Part shown: piece after piece, positions 48,866 through 57,778 of the stretch
How positions within the stretch are numbered: position 1 is the stretch's first letter
How the letters are laid out: every line of letters starts with the position of its first letter
From: a virus
Taxonomy: Duplodnaviria; Caudoviricetes
DNA length: 64,000 nt
Strand: one strand, 5' to 3'
Virus record (IMG/VR): IMGVR_UViG_3300021387_001147
Location: 1 to 64,000 of that record
Program-made: the position numbers and the translations under genes
The notes under the pieces: model-generated
The model's input: only the letters and a program-made list of their open reading frames with translations
What the model was told of the DNA's origin: nothing
Database searches by the model: none

Positions 48866-49363
48866 ATGGACAAACTTTATATTCATTACGGGTCTGATCA
48901 TTTAATCAAAGAGAAAGTTACTGAAATGAAACATGAAGCAGGAAGCAATATGTATATAAATAAGCCTGACTTCGGACTTTGGGGCTCTCCAGTTGACTGT
49001 GAATTCGGATGGAAGGAGTGGTGCGAATCCGAAGACTTTCATACGGATACTCTTGATCAATATTTTGTATTCAAGGTGAAAGACGGAGCCAAGATTTTTA
49101 CAGTGAGAAAGAATGATGACGTATCAGACTATCTTCTCACTCCATATCTGTATACGCTCGAATATATGTTCCCACCGAAATACATAGATTTCAACAAAAT
49201 CATGAAAGAATACGACGGCATGGAATTAATTCACGGCGATAACTATATGGATCTTCATTATGGGTATTTCTACAGTTGGGATGTTGATTCAATAGTCGTC
49301 TGGAATCCGGATGTTATCGAAGTAGTTAGGAAGTATACGCAAAAACTACACATACTAAGATAG
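48866..49363 (+). CDS. hypothetical (HYG..NKP..GLW.S..W..WC..YSWDVDS)
   Basis: AAAGGAG RBS; globular 165 aa. Confidence 0.7.
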   Translation: MDKLYIHYGSDHLIKEKVTEMKHEAGSNMYINKPDFGLWGSPVDCEFGWKEWCESEDFHTDTLDQYFVFKVKDGAKIFTVRKNDDVSDYLLTPYLYTLEYMFPPKYIDFNKIMKEYDGMELIHGDNYMDLHYGYFYSWDVDSIVVWNPDVIEVVRKYTQKLHILR

Positions 49364-49480
49364 AAAGGAGGTTGACCGGGAGGCCGGCAGAGGCACATCT
49401 ATGGCCATATCTATGTCATCTCTATTTCACATCTAAGTAACGCTTTGAGTTAGATTGCAAGTAATTCAAGGCGTTATATC
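49362..49480 (+). ncRNA. candidate small RNA
   Basis: Promoter motif, several stems, terminator; only a TTG micro-ORF with poor RBS spacing. Confidence 0.35.
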
Positions 49481-49503
49481 TTTTTGAGAAAGGAGGCGAA
49501 AAA

Positions 49504-49659
49504 GTGGATACACTGGGCATTGTTTGTATTGTTTTTACGATTATCATTCAAACTTTTTGTCTGGGAGAAGATTTGGGTAATTTTAAAGCGGCCGTTAAAG
49601 TTACCTGTATCTCTTTCTGGACCATGTTACTCGCTGTGTTACTATTTAAACTAATATGA
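49504..49659 (+). CDS. 51-aa two-TM protein
   Basis: Not in ORF track; GAAAGGAGG RBS, GTG start. Confidence 0.55.
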   Translation: MDTLGIVCIVFTIIIQTFCLGEDLGNFKAAVKVTCISFWTMLLAVLLFKLI

Positions 49660-49973
49660 AAGGAACTAAAATGAAGGTATTTTTAAGTTATCCAATGAAT
49701 GGAAAGTCTTTATCTGAGCAGCTTGGAATCAGGCATGCTATGAAAGAAGCATTGTGGAATCAAGGCTATGCAGGGTGCGAAGTTACTCATAATGCCTACT
49801 GTCCGATTGTAGAAGGAGCAGGTAGACTTTACTACTTAGGACAGGCTATCTCAAAAATGGACGGATGTGATGCAGTTGCATTTCATCCTGAGTGGATCAG
49901 GGCGAATGGATGCAGAGTTGAAAGATTTGTCGCTGAGATATACGGACTTACTATCATTGATCTTGACATGTAA
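49656..49973 (+). CDS. DUF4406 / nucleoside deoxyribosyltransferase-like protein
   Basis: KVFLSYPMNG..CDAVAF.PEW..ANGCRVER..A. Confidence 0.65.
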   Translation: MKGTKMKVFLSYPMNGKSLSEQLGIRHAMKEALWNQGYAGCEVTHNAYCPIVEGAGRLYYLGQAISKMDGCDAVAFHPEWIRANGCRVERFVAEIYGLTIIDLDM

Positions 49974-49989
49974 AGGAGTGATATTTATC

Positions 49990-50274
49990 ATGTGGATTTT
50001 AATTTTGACATTTATAATCGGCTTACTGATGGGCATTGTGATAGGCATTCCTGTAACACTATATCTCTATAAAGCAGGAACTCTTGTAATTGATCAATCT
50101 GATCTTATCACAGACAAATACTCATTCGAAATAGATAAGGATCTTGCTAAGCTGCCTCGTGAAGATTATATTTCAATGAAGATCAAAGTAATAAACGAGC
50201 GTCCAGAAGTCGTTACTGAAGAGCATGTTAAGAAGTATTTAGACGTGCCTGAAGATGACCTTGACCCGCAATAA
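49990..50274 (+). CDS. N-terminal TM protein
   Basis: TM helix, GTL.ID pattern. Confidence 0.65.
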   Translation: MWILILTFIIGLLMGIVIGIPVTLYLYKAGTLVIDQSDLITDKYSFEIDKDLAKLPREDYISMKIKVINERPEVVTEEHVKKYLDVPEDDLDPQ

Positions 50275-50329
50275 AAACAATGACTTTAATGAAACTATAA
50301 ATTTGGTCTTAGAAAGGAGACACGGAAAC

Positions 50330-50728
50330 ATGACAACAAATTATGCGGAAACTCTTGATCAGATTCTTGAAGTAAATGCAGAATCTATATTGCAGATGGA
50401 TCTGACAGATGAGAAAGCAGAAAAAGCTGTTAAGAATTTGGAAACTCTTAGTGGCATTCGTGTTCAACTGTATCAGGCACAGCAAGAAGCATATGAAGCT
50501 GAAGTTAAGGCTCAGCAGGAAGATGCTAAGGCTGTACTTGATCGGAAGAATACGGTTGCAACATGGGCAACCAATGGCTTCACAGCTGTATTGATGCTTT
50601 TCTCTGCGGTAACTCCGTTTGTGATCATGAACGCTGAGAAAGAGGGCAGATTCTGGTCGAGAGCTGCCATGAATGCTGTCGAAAAGGGTCCGAAGTTTGG
50701 ATTCGTAAAGGCTATTTTTAGGAAGTAG
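50330..50728 (+). CDS. coiled-coil/TM cassette protein
   Basis: Promoter + GAAAGGAG + terminator. Confidence 0.7.
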   Translation: MTTNYAETLDQILEVNAESILQMDLTDEKAEKAVKNLETLSGIRVQLYQAQQEAYEAEVKAQQEDAKAVLDRKNTVATWATNGFTAVLMLFSAVTPFVIMNAEKEGRFWSRAAMNAVEKGPKFGFVKAIFRK

Positions 50729-50832
50729 TTTCAATCGGTTTAAGGCCCTGTGTGATATTTTACATGGGGTCTTAATTTTTACAAGTCGTATAGTGATACT
50801 AATTAAAATGTTTCTGAGAAAGGAGAAATGTT

Positions 50833-51180
50833 ATGAAGGAAGAAACTATTAACAAACTTGACAGGATCAAAAGAAAGATCGATGACCATCCACTTTTGGC
50901 AGGTCTTATTATAGGCATATCAACCGGGTCGATCATTGGCATTCCTTATTTGATTGGCTACAAGCACGGTAAAGTAGACATGCTTAATACTGTGGATAAA
51001 AGTACAGAGCCAATCATTCAGAGAGCCTTTGACATTGGTGGAGAAGTCGTGTATAGGACGATTAAAGAAAAGGCACCGAAAGCTTTCGATATGATACATA
51101 AAGAAGTTGGGACGTTTTTAACAGTTGAGTATCCTGGAGCAACAGTAGACTATTTCAAAGGAACTATCAGAGTAAAATAA
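50833..51180 (+). CDS. membrane-anchored paralog family B
   Basis: KRKIDDH + TM. Confidence 0.7.
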   Translation: MKEETINKLDRIKRKIDDHPLLAGLIIGISTGSIIGIPYLIGYKHGKVDMLNTVDKSTEPIIQRAFDIGGEVVYRTIKEKAPKAFDMIHKEVGTFLTVEYPGATVDYFKGTIRVK

Positions 51181-51250
51181 GTATTATTAAGGGCTTGTGG
51201 CAAATGCTACAGGTCCTTATATTTTTCGCAAAAACTACACATACTAAGAT

Positions 51251-51412
51251 AGAGAGTAAATACAAACTGAAGACTAGTTTCAGTTAAGTATTGAGCTCAA
51301 GGGATAAGAGCTAGTGGTTCTAGTATCCTAAACCCTAACCAGGCATGGATATTGTTCAAGTAGAGTGGGAATCTTGAAAAGGATTCTGCACCCCTTGCAA
51401 CTCTTATTTTTT
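51251..51412 (+). ncRNA. candidate structured small RNA
   Basis: Promoter motif; no RBS or ORF over 10 codons seen; four stems and end-to-end pairing before T-run. Confidence 0.6.
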
Positions 51413-51509
51413 TCTGCTCGAACGTAGTGAGAACTGTGCGAGTGTAACGAGTTTTTCGCAAATTTAACAGCCACTATGATAGAAAATATTTTATAAGGAG
51501 GACGAAAAT

Positions 51510-51710
51510 ATGTTTAGTTTTGAAAGGTCTGTAGCAAAAGTAAGATTGCATTATCATGCCAATCGAATCGACATTAACAACGCACTTAATCAGTTGCATT
51601 TGATGTCTGACGAGAGGAATGAGGAAAGTAATAAGAAGCATACTATGATCCTATTCACAGATGTATATCCAAGACTTCTTGGCAGAGATATTTTTAAAGA
51701 TAAGGAATAA
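51510..51710 (+). CDS. hypothetical cassette protein
   Basis: Promoter + AAGGAGG + terminator. Confidence 0.7.
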   Translation: MFSFERSVAKVRLHYHANRIDINNALNQLHLMSDERNEESNKKHTMILFTDVYPRLLGRDIFKDKE

Positions 51711-51817
51711 TGAAAAGGGCATCTTTTACAGGTGCTCTTTCTTTTTCGAACGAACCGCAAATATTTCATGGATTTTAATGAAAGAAAGGGCTTTCTAATA
51801 AAGGAGGAACTTATATT

Positions 51818-52090
51818 ATGAAACGTAACAGAGTCATAAGAATCAACATTTATACTGAAGGCTATATTGTAGCGGCAGTATGGTTTCTGGCAGCGGCAAT
51901 AGCTCTGATGACGGCAGGTCATGTAACAGAAAACGTTAAGTACATGATGCTTGTCGGTATCGGAAGTTTGTTGACGACTCTTACACAGAGATTGATAACA
52001 GAATACAAGAATAGACAAAAAATAAAAAGAATGATGATTGATACATATGGCAAAGATGAATACGAAAGGTACATGAAAAGTAAGAAATAA
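51818..52090 (+). CDS. two-TM cassette protein
   Basis: Promoter + AAGGAGG. Confidence 0.7.
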   Translation: MKRNRVIRINIYTEGYIVAAVWFLAAAIALMTAGHVTENVKYMMLVGIGSLLTTLTQRLITEYKNRQKIKRMMIDTYGKDEYERYMKSKK

Positions 52091-52220
52091 CTCTTAACTA
52101 ATTCAAGCCCTTTCTTTTTCTGCTCGAATGGAGTGAGAACTGGTGAGTATGACGAACCGCAAATATTTCATGGCTTTTAATGATACAATTCAGATTATAT
52201 TTGAAAGGAGAACTGCAGTT

Positions 52221-52385
52221 ATGAAAATTAATTTAGATATCGGAAAAGCAGGACTTGGCTTATTCGGTGCTGGCTTAGCTATATTAGCAGGCATTGTTGA
52301 GGACAAGAAAATGGAATATACCGTAGAAAAGGAGGTGAAGAAACAGCTCTCTGGAGGAGATGAATCTGAAGAAAAGAAGAAATAA
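52221..52385 (+). CDS. small membrane protein
   Basis: Promoter + GAAAGGAG. Confidence 0.65.
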   Translation: MKINLDIGKAGLGLFGAGLAILAGIVEDKKMEYTVEKEVKKQLSGGDESEEKKK

Positions 52386-52488
52386 AGGCATAAGGGCTTG
52401 CAGTTAATGCTGCAGGTCCTTACATTTTTGCAATTTTTACATTCTTTATTATAGAACATATTGATCTAAATAAAGGAGGAAAAGGATT

Positions 52489-52728
52489 ATGAAACATGAA
52501 AAAATATGGTACTTTCTGGCGTTATTTGGACATGGAAATTTGCTTATGACAGTAATTATAGCGTTCGTAATTAGGCTTATGCACAACGTAGGTCTTGCAT
52601 CTAGTACTATGAATAGTATTGGAACTGGACTTGCTATGTATGGCGTGGCTTGTTACGGTGCTGCATTAACAGTAGCATATTTCCTGGACAAATATGAGGA
52701 AAAGGACAAAAGAAAGGAGGCGAAATAA
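52489..52728 (+). CDS. two-TM cassette protein
   Basis: Promoter + AAGGAGG. Confidence 0.7.
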   Translation: MKHEKIWYFLALFGHGNLLMTVIIAFVIRLMHNVGLASSTMNSIGTGLAMYGVACYGAALTVAYFLDKYEEKDKRKEAK

Positions 52729-52849
52729 TCCTCCTCTTTATTTTTTTTCTGACTGAATTGAAAATAGTATATTATAGAACAAAATGTTCGCAATATTAAC
52801 ATCTCCTATGATAGAACAATACATGTTTTATTATGAAAGGAGAAGAATT

Positions 52850-53026
52850 ATGTTTAAATTGTTTGGAATTAAACGCTATACAGAGGGATCAAAGATTGCA
52901 TGTGTGCAGGATTCAACTGAAGATATGAGTCTTGAGCACTTAGAAATCGATGATCTCAACGAAAGGATATTAAGAACAAATGAGAAACTGATGAAAAATT
53001 TTCAGGAGATATTAAGAAACATGTAA
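52850..53026 (+). CDS. hypothetical cassette protein
   Basis: Promoter + GAAAGGAG. Confidence 0.65.
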   Translation: MFKLFGIKRYTEGSKIACVQDSTEDMSLEHLEIDDLNERILRTNEKLMKNFQEILRNM

Positions 53027-53130
53027 AAAAGAATTCGGGGATCTATTACAGGTCCCTGATATTTTCGCAGTTTTTACACTTCTTATAATGAATCAAGATG
53101 GAATGAATTCATATAAAGGAGGAAAATATT

Positions 53131-53304
53131 ATGACTAGTTTACTTATGATTGCACTTTGTTGCGTGATTCTGGCGGTATTGCTGCCTATTTTAGGAGCAA
53201 TCTTTCAGGTTATTGCGCCTGTGTTAGCAGTAATAATAATCGTTATATTTGTCCCTCTGGCAATTGGAATCATTGTCGGACGGATTTCAAATAGAAAGGA
53301 GTGA
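53131..53304 (+). CDS. 57-aa highly hydrophobic protein
   Basis: Not in ORF track; MTSLLMIALCCVILAVLLPILG.. Confidence 0.7.
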   Translation: MTSLLMIALCCVILAVLLPILGAIFQVIAPVLAVIIIVIFVPLAIGIIVGRISNRKE

Positions 53305-53393
53305 TATTGAAGGGGATCTATTACAGGTCCCCACAATTTTTACAACTCCTTTAATGAAACATTCTTAAATGATACTTTAAAGGAGGATTAATT

Positions 53394-53690
53394 ATGTATT
53401 ATAGTTACAAACAAGCATTAAAAGATCTATTTGAGATAGGCGAAAAGGACCTGTGGGTAGTTCGTGCTTTCACTGAGAACGATGTAGCAGGTACTGAGGT
53501 GTTCTCTATTTATGGAACGAAAAAAGAAGCCAAAGCCTATATTAAGAGTGTAAGAAATTATTATAAAACAAGTAGATTTTATGAGTTTCTTAGAGAAAAT
53601 ATAGTGACTGGCTCTTTTAGAGTCAAAGAAGTAGGAACGAACAATATACTGCTGAATAAATTTCAGTTAATTCACGAAAGAGCTGCATAG
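53394..53690 (+). CDS. hypothetical cassette protein
   Basis: Promoter + AAGGAGG. Confidence 0.7.
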   Translation: MYYSYKQALKDLFEIGEKDLWVVRAFTENDVAGTEVFSIYGTKKEAKAYIKSVRNYYKTSRFYEFLRENIVTGSFRVKEVGTNNILLNKFQLIHERAA

Positions 53691-53772
53691 GCTCTTTTTT
53701 TTCTGCTTGAGTATTTTCGCAATTAATACACTCCTTATAATGAAATACTTATTAAATTAAGGAGGTTCGACT

Positions 53773-53919
53773 ATGAAAAGATTATTGAAATGGATGGCAA
53801 AAGTAATACTTGAGGCAGCACTCGAAACTGTTTGGGGAATGATTGGTGCTGTAGTAATACTTGTATCACTTGGCAAGATATTTGAATTCATAGAAAGGAG
53901 GACTAATAAGAGTAAGTAA
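53773..53919 (+). CDS. 48-aa amphipathic/TM peptide
   Basis: Not in ORF track; promoter + AAGGAGG. Confidence 0.65.
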   Translation: MKRLLKWMAKVILEAALETVWGMIGAVVILVSLGKIFEFIERRTNKSK

Positions 53920-54033
53920 TTCGAAGGAGATGCTGGACGAATGATATTTACATCTGGCATTTCCTTTCGCATTTTTTACACTTCTTATAATGAATCAATA
54001 GCGATTCGTTTTCAGAAAAGGAGGAAAAATAAT

Positions 54034-54099
54034 ATGTTTACAATCGGCGTTGTATTGATTTGTGCTGGATTGATCCTGTTAGTAATGGATCATAAATAA
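54034..54099 (+). CDS. 21-aa hydrophobic peptide
   Basis: MFTIGVVLICAGLILLVMDHK; own promoter, AAGGAGG, terminator. Confidence 0.6.
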   Translation: MFTIGVVLICAGLILLVMDHK

Positions 54100-54180
54100 C
54101 AACTGAATCGACATAACTAAGATGGGGACAGGATTATCTTGTCCTCTCTTTCTTTTTTCTTTTTGAAAGGAGGATTATAT

Positions 54181-54612
54181 TTGAAAGGCTACACTATTTG
54201 TCCTGGATTTGGCAAGGCGTTTAAGAGAATTCGAGATCGCTATGGCATGACCATGAAGCAATTCGGAAAGACACTCGGCATATCATCGTCGACTTGTCAT
54301 AGGTACGAGCATGAAATAGCAAAAAGAATACCAGAGGACGTGTATAATAGCTTACTTGCACTCGCTATGTATCCGGAAGATACTAATCTATTATATTCTC
54401 TTGTAAACGAAGATGACAGCATAGATGAAGAAATGCTCAGACTTCAAGGAATTATTGATCAATTAACGGAAGAAAACAAACATTTAAAAGCGCTACTTAC
54501 TGAAAAATGGATTAAGGAATGGGAAGCACAGAACAGATTATACGAGATTACCAAAAATCACAGGAAAGGCATAGAAGACTATTTACCTGAAGCATTTAGA
54601 ATAAAAGAATGA
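54181..54612 (+). CDS. XRE-family HTH protein with coiled coil
   Basis: FKRIRDRYGMTMKQFGKTLGISSSTCHRYEHE. Confidence 0.8.
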   Translation: MKGYTICPGFGKAFKRIRDRYGMTMKQFGKTLGISSSTCHRYEHEIAKRIPEDVYNSLLALAMYPEDTNLLYSLVNEDDSIDEEMLRLQGIIDQLTEENKHLKALLTEKWIKEWEAQNRLYEITKNHRKGIEDYLPEAFRIKE

Positions 54613-54654
54613 TTCGTATTTTCAATCACATTAATGAAGAGGGGAGCATAAAAA

Positions 54655-54975
54655 ATGGCACTTGTAGATAAAAATGAAATGATGGAACTTGGCAAATACT
54701 TTATTAATGGCATCGCTTACGGTGGATCTGATCCAGTTAAGGATTATATCCTGAAAGATAAGCCGTCAATTAAACAGAAGCTTGAGACTAAAGCAACTCT
54801 TCTGAAATGCCTTAACACAGCTAAGAAGATGAAGGCAAAAGGTGCTGATCGTAATGACATGCTGGATGCACTCACTTATGCTTATATTTTGCTTGAAACC
54901 GAAGAGCACACTATGGATCTTGGAAGAGCTAAGGCTGACTTTAGAATGGATGAGATTCAGAGGAAGTATACTTAA
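54655..54975 (+). CDS. paralog family A
   Basis: KGADRNDMLDA..MDLGRAKADFRMDEIQRKYT. Confidence 0.75.
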   Translation: MALVDKNEMMELGKYFINGIAYGGSDPVKDYILKDKPSIKQKLETKATLLKCLNTAKKMKAKGADRNDMLDALTYAYILLETEEHTMDLGRAKADFRMDEIQRKYT

Positions 54976-55035
54976 ACTGTTTGAGTGTAACGAAAATCTT
55001 ATGAAGTATTCATGATATTTCTAGGGAGGAAGTTT

Positions 55036-55458
55036 ATGAGCATTGATTTGAGTACTTTAAATGATGTTGAACTTAATGAATTGTTTAAATCTATCAAGCA
55101 AGAAAAAGAACTTAGATCTAACCCTTTACGATACAAGAGCGGAATAACTAATCTTGTCACGAAAAATGAAAGCACCTTCTTGAAGTATATTGCAGAGCTT
55201 AATAAGTGCATGGGAGATGATATTCCGGAAGAAAAATTAAGTCATTATTACGAAAATTATAGAGATCTCGAAAAATCATGTTTAAAGATCTGTGATATAA
55301 CACTTGGTAACTATAAAGCCCATATCAATTCTTTAGGCTCTATTAAACGAGGATGTAACGGTTCAATGATAGAACTTCCTGATCCTTCAGAATACGCTGA
55401 AATGTATCAGGAGCTGTTCGAAGTGATCGATAAGCATTTGTTTAAAGAAGTCGAATGA
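55036..55458 (+). CDS. hypothetical
   Basis: GGGAGG RBS. Confidence 0.65.
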   Translation: MSIDLSTLNDVELNELFKSIKQEKELRSNPLRYKSGITNLVTKNESTFLKYIAELNKCMGDDIPEEKLSHYYENYRDLEKSCLKICDITLGNYKAHINSLGSIKRGCNGSMIELPDPSEYAEMYQELFEVIDKHLFKEVE

Positions 55459-55531
55459 TATTTCCGCAATTTTTACCTTTCGTATAATGAGACGATGTAG
55501 ATCTCATTAATTTTTGAAAGGAGAAAGAATT

Positions 55532-55915
55532 ATGGAAAACGAGAAGATTATTAACTTTGAAGCACTTAAGAAACAGATTAAAATCGAAACTGCTAAAAGA
55601 AAGTTTAAAGAGGCAACAGACAAGGCAAAGCAGAAAGCCGGCGAAGTGTATTGCTGGGCAAAGGAACATCCTGCTGAAGCTGCTTCTCTTGGTGCATCTG
55701 CAGCTATTATCGCGAAGAAGACGATTGGCTACAGAGCTGTCAAGAAGGAGGAGTACAGAAGGAAGACGGAGTTCTTCGATCCACGAACAGGCAAATACGC
55801 CTTTTCGAAGAAGCCTCTTACAACTAAACAGCAGCTCGAAGCAGAAAGGAGGTACAAAGAAAATAGAAATACAACTTGGACCCAGGTTCTCTATGAAATG
55901 GGATTGTCTAAGTAG
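55532..55915 (+). CDS. basic protein with WAKEHP + Ala/Gly helix
   Basis: Promoter + GAAAGGAG + terminator. Confidence 0.7.
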   Translation: MENEKIINFEALKKQIKIETAKRKFKEATDKAKQKAGEVYCWAKEHPAEAASLGASAAIIAKKTIGYRAVKKEEYRRKTEFFDPRTGKYAFSKKPLTTKQQLEAERRYKENRNTTWTQVLYEMGLSK

Positions 55916-56062
55916 TCTCAAAACCCTGTGGCAGAAATGTCATGGGGTTATATTTTTCTGTTTGAACGTAGTGAAAACTGGCGAGTGTAATGAGCGCGAA
56001 AGGAGAAATCTAATTAGGCTATCAATTTTGCTCGAATATTATGAGAAAAAAGGAGGCTTAAG

Positions 56063-56302
56063 ATGAAGATTAATGTGACAGATGAAGGGAGAATTGAAGG
56101 GTATTTATCGACCTCTGAATACGCTGAATCAATTGGTGTAACTGTTGGAAATGTACGAATGATGATCGAGAGAGGACAGATTACTCCGCTTCAGATTAGA
56201 GCTGGGACTGGTAAGAATCAGTGCTTCAATTTTATTAAGGAAGGAACACCTAAACCTACGAAGAGTATAAGGAGGACAAATGATGAGCTGCAAGTATTGT
56301 GA
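56063..56302 (+). CDS. excisionase-like winged HTH
   Basis: YLSTSEYAESIGVTVGNVRMMIERGQI. Confidence 0.6.
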   Translation: MKINVTDEGRIEGYLSTSEYAESIGVTVGNVRMMIERGQITPLQIRAGTGKNQCFNFIKEGTPKPTKSIRRTNDELQVL

Positions 56303-56561
56303 TGACGTATTCACTGGTAACTGTTGCGATGATATTTTAACTGGAGATCTTCATATGGGATCAGTTAAGGTTGGAGATATTTCTGTATTCATTACAGAGG
56401 ATTGGAAAGAAGGCGATGCAATCCTTAAACTCTACGCTGAAGTAGCTGACACTCCGATCGTGAGAAAAGGAATTCCGATCAAGTTCTGTCCGTTCTGTGG
56501 TAAGAAGCTTATCATGCCTGCCAAAGCTCAGGAGGATTTCCGAAAGAGGTTTTGGTCATGA
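56280..56561 (+). CDS. Zn-finger protein
   Basis: SCKYC..IKFCPFCGKKL. Confidence 0.7.
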   Translation: MMSCKYCDDVFTGNCCDDILTGDLHMGSVKVGDISVFITEDWKEGDAILKLYAEVADTPIVRKGIPIKFCPFCGKKLIMPAKAQEDFRKRFWS

Positions 56562-56788
56562 GTAGCTATAAACCGAAGCAGATCTCAGTATTAAAGAGGG
56601 CAAAATTCCCGTGTAAAGACTGCAGCGACAGACACACAGGATGCCATGATGAATGCATGAAGTATAAGGAAAGCATTGATAGATTTCACAATGCAAAAGG
56701 CGAAAACGAATCTGTTTACAAGGATCTCTATAAAGGAATTTATAGGGGTCCTTCTATTTATTATGGAACAAGTAGGAGGTATAAATGA
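56552..56788 (+). CDS. Cys-rich protein (PCKDC.DRH.GCHDEC..Y)
   Basis: Paralog of 63020 gene. Confidence 0.65.
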   Translation: MVMSSYKPKQISVLKRAKFPCKDCSDRHTGCHDECMKYKESIDRFHNAKGENESVYKDLYKGIYRGPSIYYGTSRRYK

Positions 56789-57348
56789 AACGAACAATCA
56801 TAAGCTGGATTATAGGAGTTATATTTGGGATCATTGGATGCATTGCCGCAATCGCAGGAGTATTTAAGAAACTTTGCAATAGCATGCTTATTAGAGAGGA
56901 GATCATTTCATCGATTAAGAGCATTATCACTATAGCTTTGTTTGGTTCAAAGAGGGTTACATACGCTAACTCGTACACAGGCAAACCTAACAAGTATTCG
57001 GCATCATACTATTATATTAATGACGCTGTTCGTAGGGTTGAAGAAGTTAAGTTTGATAATCATAAGATAGCAGTCGAAATGATCTACGACATTAGGGATA
57101 TGCTGAATAAATGCGGAGGCAGGATCACCGTAGAGGAAGTTTTAGACATTATATACGGAGGTACGAATCACACTGAAAAGTATCTTGATAAGCTGTTCGG
57201 CTGGGATTCTCCAGACTCATTCAAGATAGGAACAACAGGGTTTTCTGAAAACAGTAAGTATTATATTTATGTAGCAGATAAACCGCACAAACTTGAGGAG
57301 GATGATAGTTATGTACAAGCAAGTGCCACTGAAGTGCAAAGACAGTAG
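56785..57348 (+). CDS. TM protein with domain related to 62116 gene
   Basis: EVKF..AVEMI.DI..GRITVEEVLD..FGW. Confidence 0.65.
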   Translation: MKRTIISWIIGVIFGIIGCIAAIAGVFKKLCNSMLIREEIISSIKSIITIALFGSKRVTYANSYTGKPNKYSASYYYINDAVRRVEEVKFDNHKIAVEMIYDIRDMLNKCGGRITVEEVLDIIYGGTNHTEKYLDKLFGWDSPDSFKIGTTGFSENSKYYIYVADKPHKLEEDDSYVQASATEVQRQ

Positions 57349-57529
57349 AAAGTGTTTCGGCAAGGCTGAAAAGCTGTTGAGTGGAAGAAAGAAGGATTAT
57401 ATTTGCAGAATCCTTCTTGAGAATTATGGAAGTAAAGGATATGAAGATGGAGCTTGTCCTTTCTGTAAACCGATTCAGGACGTAACTAATGGTAAAGTGT
57501 ACAGTAAAATGACAGCTCAGTACAAATAA
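57293..57529 (+). CDS. Cys-rich protein
   Basis: CKD.RKCF..ICRIL..CPFCKP. Confidence 0.6.
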   Translation: MRRMIVMYKQVPLKCKDSRKCFGKAEKLLSGRKKDYICRILLENYGSKGYEDGACPFCKPIQDVTNGKVYSKMTAQYK

Positions 57530-57559
57530 ATCAGATCAATTGAATAAAGGAGAAAGATT

Positions 57560-57778
57560 ATGTCGACTTTAAAGATTTACGATTTCACGAAAAGAAACCA
57601 GTGGGAAAACTTCAAGAGAAGGATGACAACTCCTAACGAAAAGAAAATTGTTGAGTATTTCGAGCTCATGGAAAAGCAGATCAATCTCTTAACAGCTTAC
57701 ATTCATAACATGGAAGTTCAGCAGGCTAAGGAAGCCCTGGAAGCCATGATTGATGATAAGAAGGAGGAAGAATCATGA
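57560..57778 (+). CDS. hypothetical
   Basis: AAAGGAG RBS. Confidence 0.65.
   Translation: MSTLKIYDFTKRNQWENFKRRMTTPNEKKIVEYFELMEKQINLLTAYIHNMEVQQAKEALEAMIDDKKEEES

Noticed and set aside
45803-56046. Hammerhead ribozymes (CTG..TGAG..CGAA look-alikes)
   Set aside because: No exact CUGAUGA core and no stems I/III; better explained as GA-mismatch mini-hairpins.
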